From assembly GCA_026413945.1 (NCBI GenBank), contig JAOAJX010000006.1, positions 20,519 through 84,518 on the forward strand: DNA of 64,000 bases. Reading direction: 5' to 3'. Numbering within the stretch: position 1 is the stretch's first letter; the number at the start of each line of letters is the position of its first letter. The stretch comes from Candidatus Iainarchaeum sp. GTDB lineage: Archaea > Iainarchaeota > Iainarchaeia > Iainarchaeales > DTGL01. The translations under genes were made by a program, and so were the position numbers. Below the pieces are notes generated by a model that was not told the DNA's origin, did not search any database, and was given only the letters and a program-made list of their open reading frames with translations. Positions 9,891 through 20,200 of this stretch are shown here, piece by piece.

Positions 9891-10442
9891 TCACTTTTTG
9901 TAATATGCGCAAACTATTGGAAATGTCTGCCTCGGGGGTGTTTCGTTGACCAAATCATAGTGACCTATTGGCATGTTATCGCGAAGATCTATTAGCGTGT
10001 AACCTTCGGAAGACCTGTCTGGACAATTATCAAGCGTTGTTGGGAAGTAAACCTGCACTGCAGTTTTAAGGCAAAATCGCTCAACAAAATCTTTGCTGTC
10101 AAACAAAATGAAAAGGCATGCAGGAGTTGCTATATCACATGCGGAAGCACATATTACTTCATCAGTTGTAGAGACAACTTTTATCCTCTGGTTTCTATAG
10201 CACGATGGTGGGTTAAAGTAAAGCTTTGACCGGCTTCTTAATTCAGAGACGTTTTCAAGCTCAGAGCGAAATTTTTCAATGCTTGCCCTTAAGCGATTTT
10301 TGCAATCCTGATTAAGCATATCGCTCATTACCATAAAACCAATGTAGAGGACGAAACCCATTATTATCACAGCAATTAAAACCTCAAAAGGCGCAGATTC
10401 TTGCGCCTTTTCATGCATTCTGCTTTTAACCGTAGATATCAT
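9891..10442 (-). CDS. Cys-rich pilin-like protein with class III signal peptide
   Basis: Start reassigned to ATG 10442 (overlaps the upstream TGA as ATGA) or ATG 10418: MISTVKSRMHEKA|QESAPFEVLIAVIIMGFVLYIG. The ORF-track extension to 10610 is out-of-frame overlap with the small pilin. Confidence 0.75.
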   Translation of the reverse strand: MISTVKSRMHEKAQESAPFEVLIAVIIMGFVLYIGFMVMSDMLNQDCKNRLRASIEKFRSELENVSELRSRSKLYFNPPSCYRNQRIKVVSTTDEVICASACDIATPACLFILFDSKDFVERFCLKTAVQVYFPTTLDNCPDRSSEGYTLIDLRDNMPIGHYDLVNETPPRQTFPIVCAYYKK

Positions 10443-10606
10443 GAAGTCACACTCTTTGTTGTTTTTGTCACTATCTTTTGGGTATTTTGGTACATTGGTT
10501 TTATAATATATATAATGAGAAGCGCAACAATTGCAAACACAAGGATTAAGTAAACTGCAGACCAATCGCCTTGGGCCTTTTCTTCTGGCAAGATGCCTTT
10601 TTTCAA
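10439..10606 (-). CDS. Small 55-aa Flp-sized pilin-like protein (not in ORF track)
   Basis: TTG start after GGTGGTGTGA. Translation MKKGILPEEKA|QGDWSAVYLILVFAIVALLIIYIIKPMYQNTQKIVTKTTKSVTS*; its stop overlaps the next ATG. Confidence 0.8.
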   Translation of the reverse strand: MKKGILPEEKAQGDWSAVYLILVFAIVALLIIYIIKPMYQNTQKIVTKTTKSVTS

Positions 10607-10716
10607 TCACACCACCATTAAATTAGAATATGCTTTGGACTATATAAAGTTTTTCAATTTAGTTAAATTTAATAATAAGTTAAAATATCAATCCTAAAGA
10701 AGAGGCGTGAATTAAA
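10607..10716. promoter_or_regulatory. Divergent promoter region between the pilin operon (-) and the ATPase operon (+)
   Basis: AT-rich 110-bp gap with TATA-like TATATAAA (10641) and TTTAATAA (about 10668); SD-like GAGGCGTGA before 10717. Confidence 0.55.
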
Positions 10717-12996
10717 ATGAAGATTGGCGGTTTTAAAGTAGGGGAATATGCATTTAAGGAAGAGGGCAAAAAAAAGCATCTTGTATTTGATTGTGCCTCA
10801 TGTGTTTATCATGCATCAATATCCGATGACCGCGTTTGCATGTATCATGTGCTTTATGCACTCAATGAGATAGATGCAGATGTAATTGTACTTTCCGAGG
10901 TTTATGAGAGGATATATGATGAAAAGCAAACCCTTATTTTGAAAGAAATTGTAAAGCTTATTCAAAAGTTCTCGATGGAGGCGCCTTGGTCATACAATAA
11001 CCTTGTCAATCCGCAATACCTTAAGGATGAAGGCGTTGTAAGTGCAAGACATAAAATGATTGTAACTATAACTCATGACCTAATAGCATATGATCCACTC
11101 GGTGCCTACTTTGCATGTCTGCGTGAAATTAACAGGGAAAAGGAAACGTTCTCTAGCAGCGGCCCTGATTACAAAGCAGGTTCTGCTATTTACCTCAAGA
11201 CACTGCTTTACATTAAAAGTGCATTTGAGGAATGCGAACTAATAAAGCAGACAAAGAAGTTTTTAACTGAGCTCAAGGAGATGCCTGAATTTAAGGAAAT
11301 TTATAGGGCTTTGTTTGAAGCGCAAATAAAGCCGGCCTTTATCGGATCGCGTCTTGTTTTTAGAGAAGAAGAAGGCATGGAGCTTCTCGATGAGTATTTG
11401 GTTAAGAATAGCACAGTCCAGATATTTAGCCATCCAAACCAGACACAAAATCTTTACTTCATAAATCCCCCCGAATATACTTTGAGCCCAGAAAAATATT
11501 TCGTACTTAGCAAGGCAAAAGAGATTGTCTCTGGCTATACGCCGGGCAAGGCATCACTGAGCACAGTTGCAAAATCGAGGGAGTATTTTGAGCGTTTATA
11601 TAGAAGCACTATAATGGAAATAGCACAACAGCATAACATCTCGCTAAACAAAAAAGAAATTGTTGAACTCAGCGAAATTGTTGCAAGATACAGCGTTGGT
11701 TATGGCATACTTGAAATACTTCTAAGCGACAGGAAGCTCACAGACATCTACCTTGACTCCCCAATAGGCCAGACGCCGCTCTATGTTATGCACTCTGATT
11801 TTGATCAGTGCCTTACAAATGTCCTTTATACAGAAAGGGAAGCATCTGCGCTTATCACAAAGCTCAGAGCTATGAGCGCAAGGCCTTTTGATGAAGTACA
11901 TCCAGTGCTTGATTTTGACCTACCTGAGCTCGAGACTAGGGTAGCAGCTATAGGACCGCCACTTGCACCAGATGGCGTTGCTTTTGCATTCCGCCTACAT
12001 AAAATAACGCCTTGGACATTGCCTCAATTCATAGATGTAAAATACCTAAATCCTTTGGCTGCTGGATTTATTTCATTCTTAATAGATAATCAAGCAACAA
12101 TGCTTGTAACTGGTTCAAGAGGCTCTGGCAAGACATCTTTGCTTAGTGCATGCATCCTTGAAATTCCTAAGAACACAAGGATTATTGTGCAAGAGGACAC
12201 GCTTGAAATACCCGTAGAATACATGAAAAAAGTTGGTTTTAACATACAGCGCCTAAAAACAAGATCGCCCATAAGTGTGTCAAAAACTGAAGTTGAGGTT
12301 GAACCAGAGGAAGCGCTTAGGACTGCCCTGCGCTTGGGCAACAGCGCGCTTGTCATAGGAGAGGTGCGTTCAAAAGAAGCAAGAACATTATACGAAGCGA
12401 TGCGCATAGGTGCCGCAGGCAATGTTGTAATTGGCACAATACATGCTGACTCAGCCTATGCTGTTTGGGATCGTGTTGTTAATGACCTTGAAGTTCCCAC
12501 CACTTCTTTCAAGGCAACAGATATAGTTGTTACGGCACGCCCAATAAGGTTTTATGGCTCATTAAAAAGTAACAGACGGGTTGTTGAGATAACAGAAATA
12601 AGGAAGCATTGGATTGAGGAACCTGCAAGAGAAGGCGGCCTTTTAGATCTGATGAGATATTCTGCAAAAGAAGATAATCTTGAGCTTTTGGAGGACAATC
12701 TTAAAGAGTCTGAGCTTTTTGATAAAATCTCGAGAATATCTGGACAAACCCTTGAAGAGATGTGGAAAGATATAAGAATGCGTGCAGAGTCAAAGCGCTA
12801 CCTAGTAGAAATGAAAAACAAGCATGATATACCTGAGTTATTAGAAGCTGACACTGCATCAATGGCAAATGACAAGCTTATGCTTCTGAGGGAAAAACAA
12901 ATCAGAGAGTTTGGCAAAGTAAACTATGATGAAATTCTTGAGCAGTGGAAGAAATGGCTAAATGATAAAATAATACCAAGGCTTATAAAGAAATGA
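10717..12996 (+). CDS. Type II/IV secretion system ATPase (VirB11/TadA/FlaI family)
   Basis: Walker A GSRGSGKT, Asp box QEDTLEI, ALRTALR, Walker B LVIGEVR, His box GTIHADSA. Long N-terminal domain with CxxC...C. Confidence 0.95.
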   Translation: MKIGGFKVGEYAFKEEGKKKHLVFDCASCVYHASISDDRVCMYHVLYALNEIDADVIVLSEVYERIYDEKQTLILKEIVKLIQKFSMEAPWSYNNLVNPQYLKDEGVVSARHKMIVTITHDLIAYDPLGAYFACLREINREKETFSSSGPDYKAGSAIYLKTLLYIKSAFEECELIKQTKKFLTELKEMPEFKEIYRALFEAQIKPAFIGSRLVFREEEGMELLDEYLVKNSTVQIFSHPNQTQNLYFINPPEYTLSPEKYFVLSKAKEIVSGYTPGKASLSTVAKSREYFERLYRSTIMEIAQQHNISLNKKEIVELSEIVARYSVGYGILEILLSDRKLTDIYLDSPIGQTPLYVMHSDFDQCLTNVLYTEREASALITKLRAMSARPFDEVHPVLDFDLPELETRVAAIGPPLAPDGVAFAFRLHKITPWTLPQFIDVKYLNPLAAGFISFLIDNQATMLVTGSRGSGKTSLLSACILEIPKNTRIIVQEDTLEIPVEYMKKVGFNIQRLKTRSPISVSKTEVEVEPEEALRTALRLGNSALVIGEVRSKEARTLYEAMRIGAAGNVVIGTIHADSAYAVWDRVVNDLEVPTTSFKATDIVVTARPIRFYGSLKSNRRVVEITEIRKHWIEEPAREGGLLDLMRYSAKEDNLELLEDNLKESELFDKISRISGQTLEEMWKDIRMRAESKRYLVEMKNKHDIPELLEADTASMANDKLMLLREKQIREFGKVNYDEILEQWKKWLNDKIIPRLIKK

Positions 12997-13008
12997 AGTC
13001 GTGGTTAT

Positions 13009-15366
13009 ATGCCTGAAAGAGCGAAAAAAAGCACTGGTTACACAATAGGTCAGCTTTACAAAGGCATTGTTGTAGAGCGCGGCTTACCTGAAGAAGGTGA
13101 AAGCAAGCTGATGAAAAAAAAGATGCCAAGGTATGTGCGGTTCTGCAAGAGAGTTGCAAGAATGGTGCCTGCGATGGGCGGGCAGAAAAAATTTCCAGAG
13201 GAGCACAACAATGCAATTGAATTTCTTGGCTGGGATCTTAGACCAGAAGAGTTTTCAGCAGCAGTCAACTTCATTGCACTAATTCTTGTTTTTTTAGCTT
13301 TCGCTATTTGGCTTGTAGTTGTATCTAGCCCAATTGCCAAAGCGCTTTCGACAGTGCCTTACAGTGCGTATGCATTGCTTGCTATGCTTGTGGTTGCCGC
13401 ACTTTCAGTAGCAAATTATATTTACCGTTATCCAATATCAGCTGCACAGGCAGAACAGAAAAAAGCCCTTGGGTATATACCTGAGATTGTAGGTTACATG
13501 ATAATGTCAATGAAGTTAACACCAAATCTTGAAAAAGCGGTTGAGTTTTCTGCAGACCACGGAAGGGGCAAAATAGCTGAAGAGTTTAAGAAGCTCACAT
13601 GGGATATAAGCACTGGAATATATACAACCATAACTGAGGGGCTTGACAGAGTTGCATACAGATGGGGCTCTTATGCGCCGGAATTCAAGCGTGCACTAGT
13701 TAGGATAAGGGCATCAGTGCTTGAGGACACTGAAGCAAAAAGGGATGCGGTGCTAAACAAAACCATGGATGAGCTTCTTGCCACCATTAAAGAAAAAATG
13801 GATGCTTATGCAAGAAGCTTAAGGCAGCCTGCTGTTGTGCTTTTTTTTGTGGGTGTGCTTTTGCCACTTATCCTCATGATAATACTGCCTATTGGTTCAG
13901 TATTCAGCGGCTTGCCACTTGCAAATCCTCTCGTAATAATTGCTTTGTACAATGTAGCAATACCTCTTGGGTTGATTTATTTTTCATTAGGGATTTTAAA
14001 GCAGCGACCGCCTACACAAGAAGCACCAGAGATACCCGATGATTATCCAGGATTACCACCAAAAAATAAAATTAGGTTTGGAAATAATTATATTGACATC
14101 TTCTTGTTGGTTGGAATTGTTGCTTTTATTGGCATAATTGCTTCTTATTATTTTCATCAGGAAGGCTTTCCCCCAAAAAGCATGCTTAGGTCAGAGTATG
14201 GCGAAAAACCTTCTCAAATTATAAGAGCTGACCGCACTGAAAAAGAGGTACTTGAAAGAAGTGGTTACCCAGAAGATTATTTTGATATACCTAATGGTGT
14301 GCTTTATAAGCAATATTTGAGCAGTTATTCAGAAAGTAGTAGCGCTGACATAGAGAAAAAGGCAGAAAATAAGGTTTTATTTGAAAAAAAAATATTCTTT
14401 ATGACAAAAGAAAATGATATAACGCCCTACAATCTCTGGTTTGGGCTTATATTAACTTTTTCCATCTGTCTTTTCATCGTTTTATATTATCCGGCGAAAT
14501 ACAAAAGAAAGATACAGCTTGAAATATCAGCCATGGAAAGCGAATTTAAAGATGCACTTTATATTATGGCTTCACGTCTCGGAGAAAACAGGCCAATGGA
14601 AGAAGTGCTCAAGCAAACTATTGATTTTTTACCTAACGCAGTAATAAGCAAACAAGTGTTTTCAAAAACAATTGATAACATCACTCTTCTTGGAATGCCT
14701 TTGGACAGCGCTGTTTTTGATCAAAAGTTTGGCTCTGTTGCAAGGATACCCTCTGAAGTTATAAAAACCGGGATGCGCCTTGTAGTAGATGCTTCAACCT
14801 TGGGCACGAGTATTGCTGCAAGAACATTGGCATCTTTGTCTATACAGCTTGATAACACTGAAAAGGTTGCAAAAGCGCTGAAGGAAATGATTGATGAGAT
14901 AACAGTAACAATGCGCACCATGGCAGTAATAATAGCCCCTGTTGTCTTGGGCATAACAACGGCACTTTTCAAGATAGTTGTGCTTACGATGGCTAGCATA
15001 TCACAAAGCTTAGAAGGAAGCAGCTTAGGTGGACTATCTGGAAACATACCAACTGTGGGGACAAGTGGAAGATATGGAAACCTTGGTGCTTTAACTGAAT
15101 CATTTGCAAAGGTAAGTGTAAGCAGCTTTGTAAAACCGGAAGCACTAGCACATATTGCTGATCCGCTGCAATTCATCATCATAAGCGGAATATATGTATT
15201 TCAAATTGTTGCTATAATCCTATACTTTGTAACAATGCTTGAAGAGCGAAATAAGCTTCTTCTCAGACTGAACATCGCAAAGTATCTTCCACTTGCTTTG
15301 GCAATATACATTGCGACAGTCATGGGCACCAACGTGCTTCTTGAAACGATGACAAGCGGAGTGTAA
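13009..15366 (+). CDS. Type II secretion F / TadB-TadC fused (FlaJ-like) membrane platform protein
   Basis: Two repeated cytoplasmic-domain plus TM modules (PEIVGYMIMSMKLTPNLEKAVEF and EFKDALYIMASRLGENRPMEEVL); directly downstream of the ATPase. Confidence 0.85.
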   Translation: MPERAKKSTGYTIGQLYKGIVVERGLPEEGESKLMKKKMPRYVRFCKRVARMVPAMGGQKKFPEEHNNAIEFLGWDLRPEEFSAAVNFIALILVFLAFAIWLVVVSSPIAKALSTVPYSAYALLAMLVVAALSVANYIYRYPISAAQAEQKKALGYIPEIVGYMIMSMKLTPNLEKAVEFSADHGRGKIAEEFKKLTWDISTGIYTTITEGLDRVAYRWGSYAPEFKRALVRIRASVLEDTEAKRDAVLNKTMDELLATIKEKMDAYARSLRQPAVVLFFVGVLLPLILMIILPIGSVFSGLPLANPLVIIALYNVAIPLGLIYFSLGILKQRPPTQEAPEIPDDYPGLPPKNKIRFGNNYIDIFLLVGIVAFIGIIASYYFHQEGFPPKSMLRSEYGEKPSQIIRADRTEKEVLERSGYPEDYFDIPNGVLYKQYLSSYSESSSADIEKKAENKVLFEKKIFFMTKENDITPYNLWFGLILTFSICLFIVLYYPAKYKRKIQLEISAMESEFKDALYIMASRLGENRPMEEVLKQTIDFLPNAVISKQVFSKTIDNITLLGMPLDSAVFDQKFGSVARIPSEVIKTGMRLVVDASTLGTSIAARTLASLSIQLDNTEKVAKALKEMIDEITVTMRTMAVIIAPVVLGITTALFKIVVLTMASISQSLEGSSLGGLSGNIPTVGTSGRYGNLGALTESFAKVSVSSFVKPEALAHIADPLQFIIISGIYVFQIVAIILYFVTMLEERNKLLLRLNIAKYLPLALAIYIATVMGTNVLLETMTSGV

Positions 15367-15371
15367 CTGCA

Positions 15372-15818
15372 ATGATGAACAAAGGTTATTTTTGGCCTTT
15401 TAGGTTGTTGATTGCAACAATATTTGCGCTTGCGATGCTCACAATAATAATTTCTGCTTTGGAGTACTTCAAAAATGTGGAAAGATCAACAAGCTACGAG
15501 AGGTTTGAAAACGGCTTCAAAAATGCGCTATATGCTGCAAGCAGCGATCCAAGTTATGGCTTGGCAAAAGAGAAAAACATCACAATTGTTGGAATAATAA
15601 CAGCAGGCCAATTTTCAGAAAAATACAAAATACCCTCAGAATGCATAGAGTTTCAGGCAATAAGCGGCATGCTAATAAAGCTCTCAGAAAACAAGCGAAG
15701 GGTTATCATTGAGAAGGAAATAACGATTGATGTTTATTTCCATTGCATACGATACAACGTTGGAGAATGCGAAATAAAATGCTACATATCCTTTGGCAAA
15801 GCGCCAAAAATTGGTTAA
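15372..15818 (+). CDS. Pilin-like protein with class III signal peptide
   Basis: MMNKG|YFWPFRLLIATIFALAMLTII and a C-terminal Cys cluster; resembles the next gene. Confidence 0.75.
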   Translation: MMNKGYFWPFRLLIATIFALAMLTIIISALEYFKNVERSTSYERFENGFKNALYAASSDPSYGLAKEKNITIVGIITAGQFSEKYKIPSECIEFQAISGMLIKLSENKRRVIIEKEITIDVYFHCIRYNVGECEIKCYISFGKAPKIG

Positions 15819-15836
15819 AGGTTACATTGGCTATAC

Positions 15837-15892
15837 AAAAGGTTTAAATATAAGAAATAGTATTCTTATGAAATATAACTCGTGAGGTGAGG
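15837..15892 (+). promoter_or_regulatory. BRE/TATA promoter and strong SD for the pilin gene at 15895
   Basis: AAAAGG-TTTAAATA (TATA at 15843-15850) and GAGGTGAGG at 15884-15892. Confidence 0.6.
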
Positions 15893-15894
15893 AT

Positions 15895-16497
15895 ATGATG
15901 CGTATGAATTCAAAAGGGCAGGCTTTCTCAACATTCCAGCTGCTTATATCTGCAATAATTGCGCTGGCTATACTTGTGATCCTGCTTTCCGTGCTAGGAA
16001 TAATTCCAAATCTTTTCAATATATCCCAGAATCCAGTGGATGCGATGGTTGACAAGATAAAAGATGCGAGGAACAAGCCAGCCGTGCCAGTACAAGGCGG
16101 TAAGGTAAATTTCACAAAGGACAACAGAACTGTTACAACTGAAAGCATAGCAAGTGTAAGTGGTGTTGGTCTTGAAAAAGAACAAATATGCTTAAGCCCG
16201 GGCCAATTTATGGGCCAAGCAGAAATAATCAGCAAAGGCCAAGATGGTTCAAAAGAGAAGCAATGGACTGTAGTAGAGGATGGTTCAAGGATAACTTACA
16301 ATAAGGACAATGTGCAGACAACATTTACAGTTATTTGCCATTCTTCAGCGACAAGGCTCAAGACTTACATTGAAGAGGATCTTCCAGAGATAAAGGTAGA
16401 GTGGATGGACAGCGGCTCTTTTAAGTGCAAGTGCCTTGATAATGAGCAATTCAAGGAGCAGCCATGTTGCCTAATAGTGCTTAAATACTCTAGCTAA
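15895..16497 (+). CDS. Pilin-like protein with class III signal peptide (candidate major pilin)
   Basis: MNSKG|QAFSTFQLLISAIIALAILVILL, Cys-rich C-terminus, own promoter and strong SD. Confidence 0.8.
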   Translation: MMRMNSKGQAFSTFQLLISAIIALAILVILLSVLGIIPNLFNISQNPVDAMVDKIKDARNKPAVPVQGGKVNFTKDNRTVTTESIASVSGVGLEKEQICLSPGQFMGQAEIISKGQDGSKEKQWTVVEDGSRITYNKDNVQTTFTVICHSSATRLKTYIEEDLPEIKVEWMDSGSFKCKCLDNEQFKEQPCCLIVLKYSS

Positions 16498-16510
16498 AAG
16501 GCTATGAAAG

Positions 16511-17161
16511 ATGGCCAAAAAAAGCGCATCTAAGAAAAAAAGCCCCAATACTTTTATAGGACACTCTTGGCAAAGATTTAGCAAACAGAGCTTGAAGAAA
16601 GAGCTTTTGGCATCAGCAAAGTTTCTAATTTTTTTTCTGATTTCTTTTTCCATTATTTTCATTATTTTTTCTTTTCTGCCAATAGAAATTTTCGAATTTT
16701 TCACAGCAAAGATATCTGCAGCAATTCTCGAAGCCGTGGGCTATTCTACCAAAATAATAACCGATGAACCCGTAAAGATTATTGTGAACTCTAAACACAC
16801 GATTGAGATAAGCTACCTATGCACAGGAATTATTGAAACTATCGTGGTTGTAAGTGCGGTTGCAGCATCACTTGGAATAAGTCTCAAGAAAAGGCTCATT
16901 GGTGCTTTGGCAGGAGCTATTTTTGTGAATGTGCTTAATATATTAAGGATAATTGTAACAATCGTTGCAATATCGAATCTGAAAGATATTGGCTTTGTGG
17001 ATTTTATACATAATGTGCTTTTCAGGGCAACTCTTTTTGTGGGCATCGCTGTTTATTATGCTGTCTGGTTTTTTGCCTCAACAAGAAGCTTTAATCCAAT
17101 AGCACGTTTTAAGCTATGGCTTTTCCCTAAAATAAATTGTAGAAGAAACAAAAAACAATAA
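16511..17161 (+). CDS. Exosortase/archaeosortase family membrane transpeptidase
   Basis: Multi-TM protein with the family catalytic triad in the expected spacing: EISYLCTG (Cys), LNILRI (Arg), FIHNVL (His). Confidence 0.9.
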   Translation: MAKKSASKKKSPNTFIGHSWQRFSKQSLKKELLASAKFLIFFLISFSIIFIIFSFLPIEIFEFFTAKISAAILEAVGYSTKIITDEPVKIIVNSKHTIEISYLCTGIIETIVVVSAVAASLGISLKKRLIGALAGAIFVNVLNILRIIVTIVAISNLKDIGFVDFIHNVLFRATLFVGIAVYYAVWFFASTRSFNPIARFKLWLFPKINCRRNKKQ

Positions 17162-17231
17162 TTATATTAATAACAATAGCATTTCTTATTCATAAATCAG
17201 TATCTGGAATAAATATCTGGGGCGTAAAAGG

Positions 17232-20200
17232 ATGTTAACAGATAAGCTCGGCTCTATTTACGCAGGCATAGAGGAGAAATGGTTTGAGCTGCTTAAAGCA
17301 CTGCAGGAAAAAGGCATTCCTGCGTATAGCTATGCTGAGTTCTTAGAAAGCAGGGGCATACCATCTTTGCCTTTTACAATAGCCATCATAATACTCCTTC
17401 TTGTAATTTTGTTTTCATTTTCTTTTGGGGGCGCATACACGGATGTGAGCTTAACTGTTACAATAAGGGATGATCAGGGGCAATCGCTAAGTGATGTCAA
17501 GCTCGAATTATATAATGACGATGGGCAAACACTTAAAAGTGAAACTGTGCAAAGTGGTTACAAGATTGAACTTAAAAGAGTTAAGATTGGCTCAACCATA
17601 ACAGCATCTGCTTCAAAATCTGGTTACAGAAGTGCTTCGGCCGAAAAAGAGATAAATTCCAAAACCGCAACTATAAGCATAACACTTAAGAGAGAGGCAA
17701 GGCTTGTTTCTGCAAAAGTCCGGCTCATCGATGAGCTTACCTCAACCTTGATCAGAGATGCGAGGTGCGAAGTTTCTTTTGATAAGAATACATTAGGCAT
17801 TACTAGAGACTATGATGGCTTGTTTTTGGTAAATGTGCCACAGAAAACAGATGTGGTGCTAAAATGCACAGCTAATGGCTATGAAGACCTTCAGGAAGCA
17901 ATGCGATTTGATGACGGTGAAATCAAAGTAGTAAAGTTGAAGCCAAAATCGGTTGATGTTAATTTAAGCACTCTACTGATAAGCGTATATGACGAGGAAA
18001 CAAAGCAGCTTATAAAAGGGACAAGCATTCGCATTATAAACTCATCAACAGGCGTCACGATAACAGACATTAATTCACAGAGCGGCGATTATACTGAAAA
18101 GATAAAGATAAACACCCAGGTTAGGATAATTGTAGAAAAAGCAGGTTATATGAGCTATGTTGAAGATTTCACCATAAGAACCGCAGAGGTTGTTAAGAAA
18201 ATATACTTAAAAAAAGGCGGTGCACAACTTATAGTAAATGTTACCTCAAAGGATGGCATTGTGCAAGTAAATGCTGATGTTTCGCTTTTTGACTCAAACT
18301 TCCAACTCGTTTCTGCAAAAAAAACTGCCGTTTTAGGGAATGCTGCTTTTGATGGTATTGATCCAAACAGGGATTATTATTTTAATGCATTCAAAGAAGG
18401 TTTTCTGCCGGCTTATGGAAGAATAAGTGCAGGGACCAAAAGCTTGGATATTAAACTTGAAAAGCCAACAGCACAAAATTCTGCATTGGTGAAAATAACA
18501 GTTAGGAACAGCTCAGGCAATATTACAAACAATGCAGCGCTGAAATATTATCGCATTATAAATGCATTCAAGATTCCTCTTGGCATTCCTGTGAGAAAAA
18601 CAGGGCTTACAGGCACAATTATAGAAACCCTTCCAGAGGGTACATTCCTTATAGCTGCCGAGACTGAAGTAGAGTATGGTGAAAAGGAAATAACAGTGAT
18701 GGCAGGCATCGACCAACAGGTTGACATAAACATGTCAAGAAAGCCAAACTTTGTTGAGCTTCGATTAATTGATGGGAATGGAATGCCTTTGAAGGGAGAA
18801 GTTATTGTAAAGAGCAAAAGCGGAAAGACACTTTTTGCTGGAAATGTAAATGGGGGCGCGATTTTTGACAGTGAGATGAATGAAAGCTTTTTGGTGAGCG
18901 TGAAAACGCCTGATGGCAAAACATTTGAGCAGGAAGTAAGGGTTGGCGCAAACAATGTTGCTGAAGTCCGATTAGGGGCTGATAAAAAGGAACTAACAGA
19001 TGGTGTCAAGCCCATAATAGAGTTTGCTGGAGTTTTTGATTCTGGAGGAAAAAGCATTGAAGGAGTTACGGCTGGGGAGTTTGCTTGGCTGCGTTTCAAT
19101 GTCAGTTTTCCCCAGGGTGAGAAAACAGGCATACATATAAGGGTTGGGCCTGATAGCATTGCGTCTGCCGATGCCCAAGAGATTGGAATTTTTGGTTTTG
19201 ATGGAAATGCAAGCAGCTTTGTGTATGGCAAAAGCTATCAGGCACCTTTAGGTGAACAAAAGGATCTTGCAAGCAAAGGTGCAGCGAATGAGAGAAACAA
19301 ATGGCTTGAGCTTTACTTTAACAAAGCACCATCGCAAACAGCAGTAAGCATAAAGGTAAAAACAGATAATATAAGCAGAGAAAAAGACTTTGAAGTACAC
19401 TACAGAGCTTGGAGCGAAATAGGTACAAAAGTATTCAGAGACCCTGCAGACAGCGTGCTTGGAAATGAGAAAACAAGCAATGCAAAGCAAGCGCTTTATG
19501 CTGAAACAAAGATTGCAAGAGTAAAGGTATTTGAAGGAAAAGCAAGCTGCTCTGAAGAACTCTGCATAGCTCTTGCTTTAATAGACTCAAACAATGTGAA
19601 GGTTAAAGAAGATGGTTTCTCTGCAGTTGAGGGTCAAACATATGCTCTAGAAATCTCTGTAAATTCTGGCAAAAAGATGAGTGCTGAAATTGTAGTAAGA
19701 AGCGAAAACTCAAATGTATTGCTTTCAGAGCTTACCGAAGATGTGTTGTCCTTTAGCCCGAAGGGAGAATTTTCAAAGACTGAGTTAAGGGGCTCCTTAA
19801 AACTCGAGGCAAATTCTTCAAAAATTGTAAGGGCTTACTTCAAAGGCAAGTCAGCCGGTACAGCAACGCTTGAGGCCCTTGTTAGGAGCGGAGACCTGAA
19901 CGCAAATAAAAAGATAAGTTTCAATGTAACTGGAAGCAAAGAAATGCTTGCTGAAATTTATAAGAAAGGTGAAATAAAGGCAGGTGAAAAGCTAAGAGTT
20001 ACCTTAAGGGATTCTGAAACAAAGGATCCCATCACAAATGCTTTTGTTTCAATAACAAGGGAAGGTGAGGTGCTTTTAAGCACTACTGGAAACAACACAA
20101 ATGAAAACGGTGCAAATGGCATTTATGTCTTGGGTATAGATAAGCTAAGCCCGGGAAAGTATGTGCTGACAGCTAAGGCAGTTGGTTACAAAGATGCTTC

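Noticed and set aside
10443-10610. Cys-rich N-terminal extension of ORF 9891..10610
   Set aside because: It is the out-of-frame reading of the 55-aa pilin; the class III leader and ATGA coupling place the real start at 10442 or 10418.
10717-16497. Archaellum (fla/arl) operon
   Set aside because: No recognisable FlaH (KaiC-like), FlaF/G or archaellin G|x(G)IGTLIxFIA N-termini, and no chemotaxis genes.
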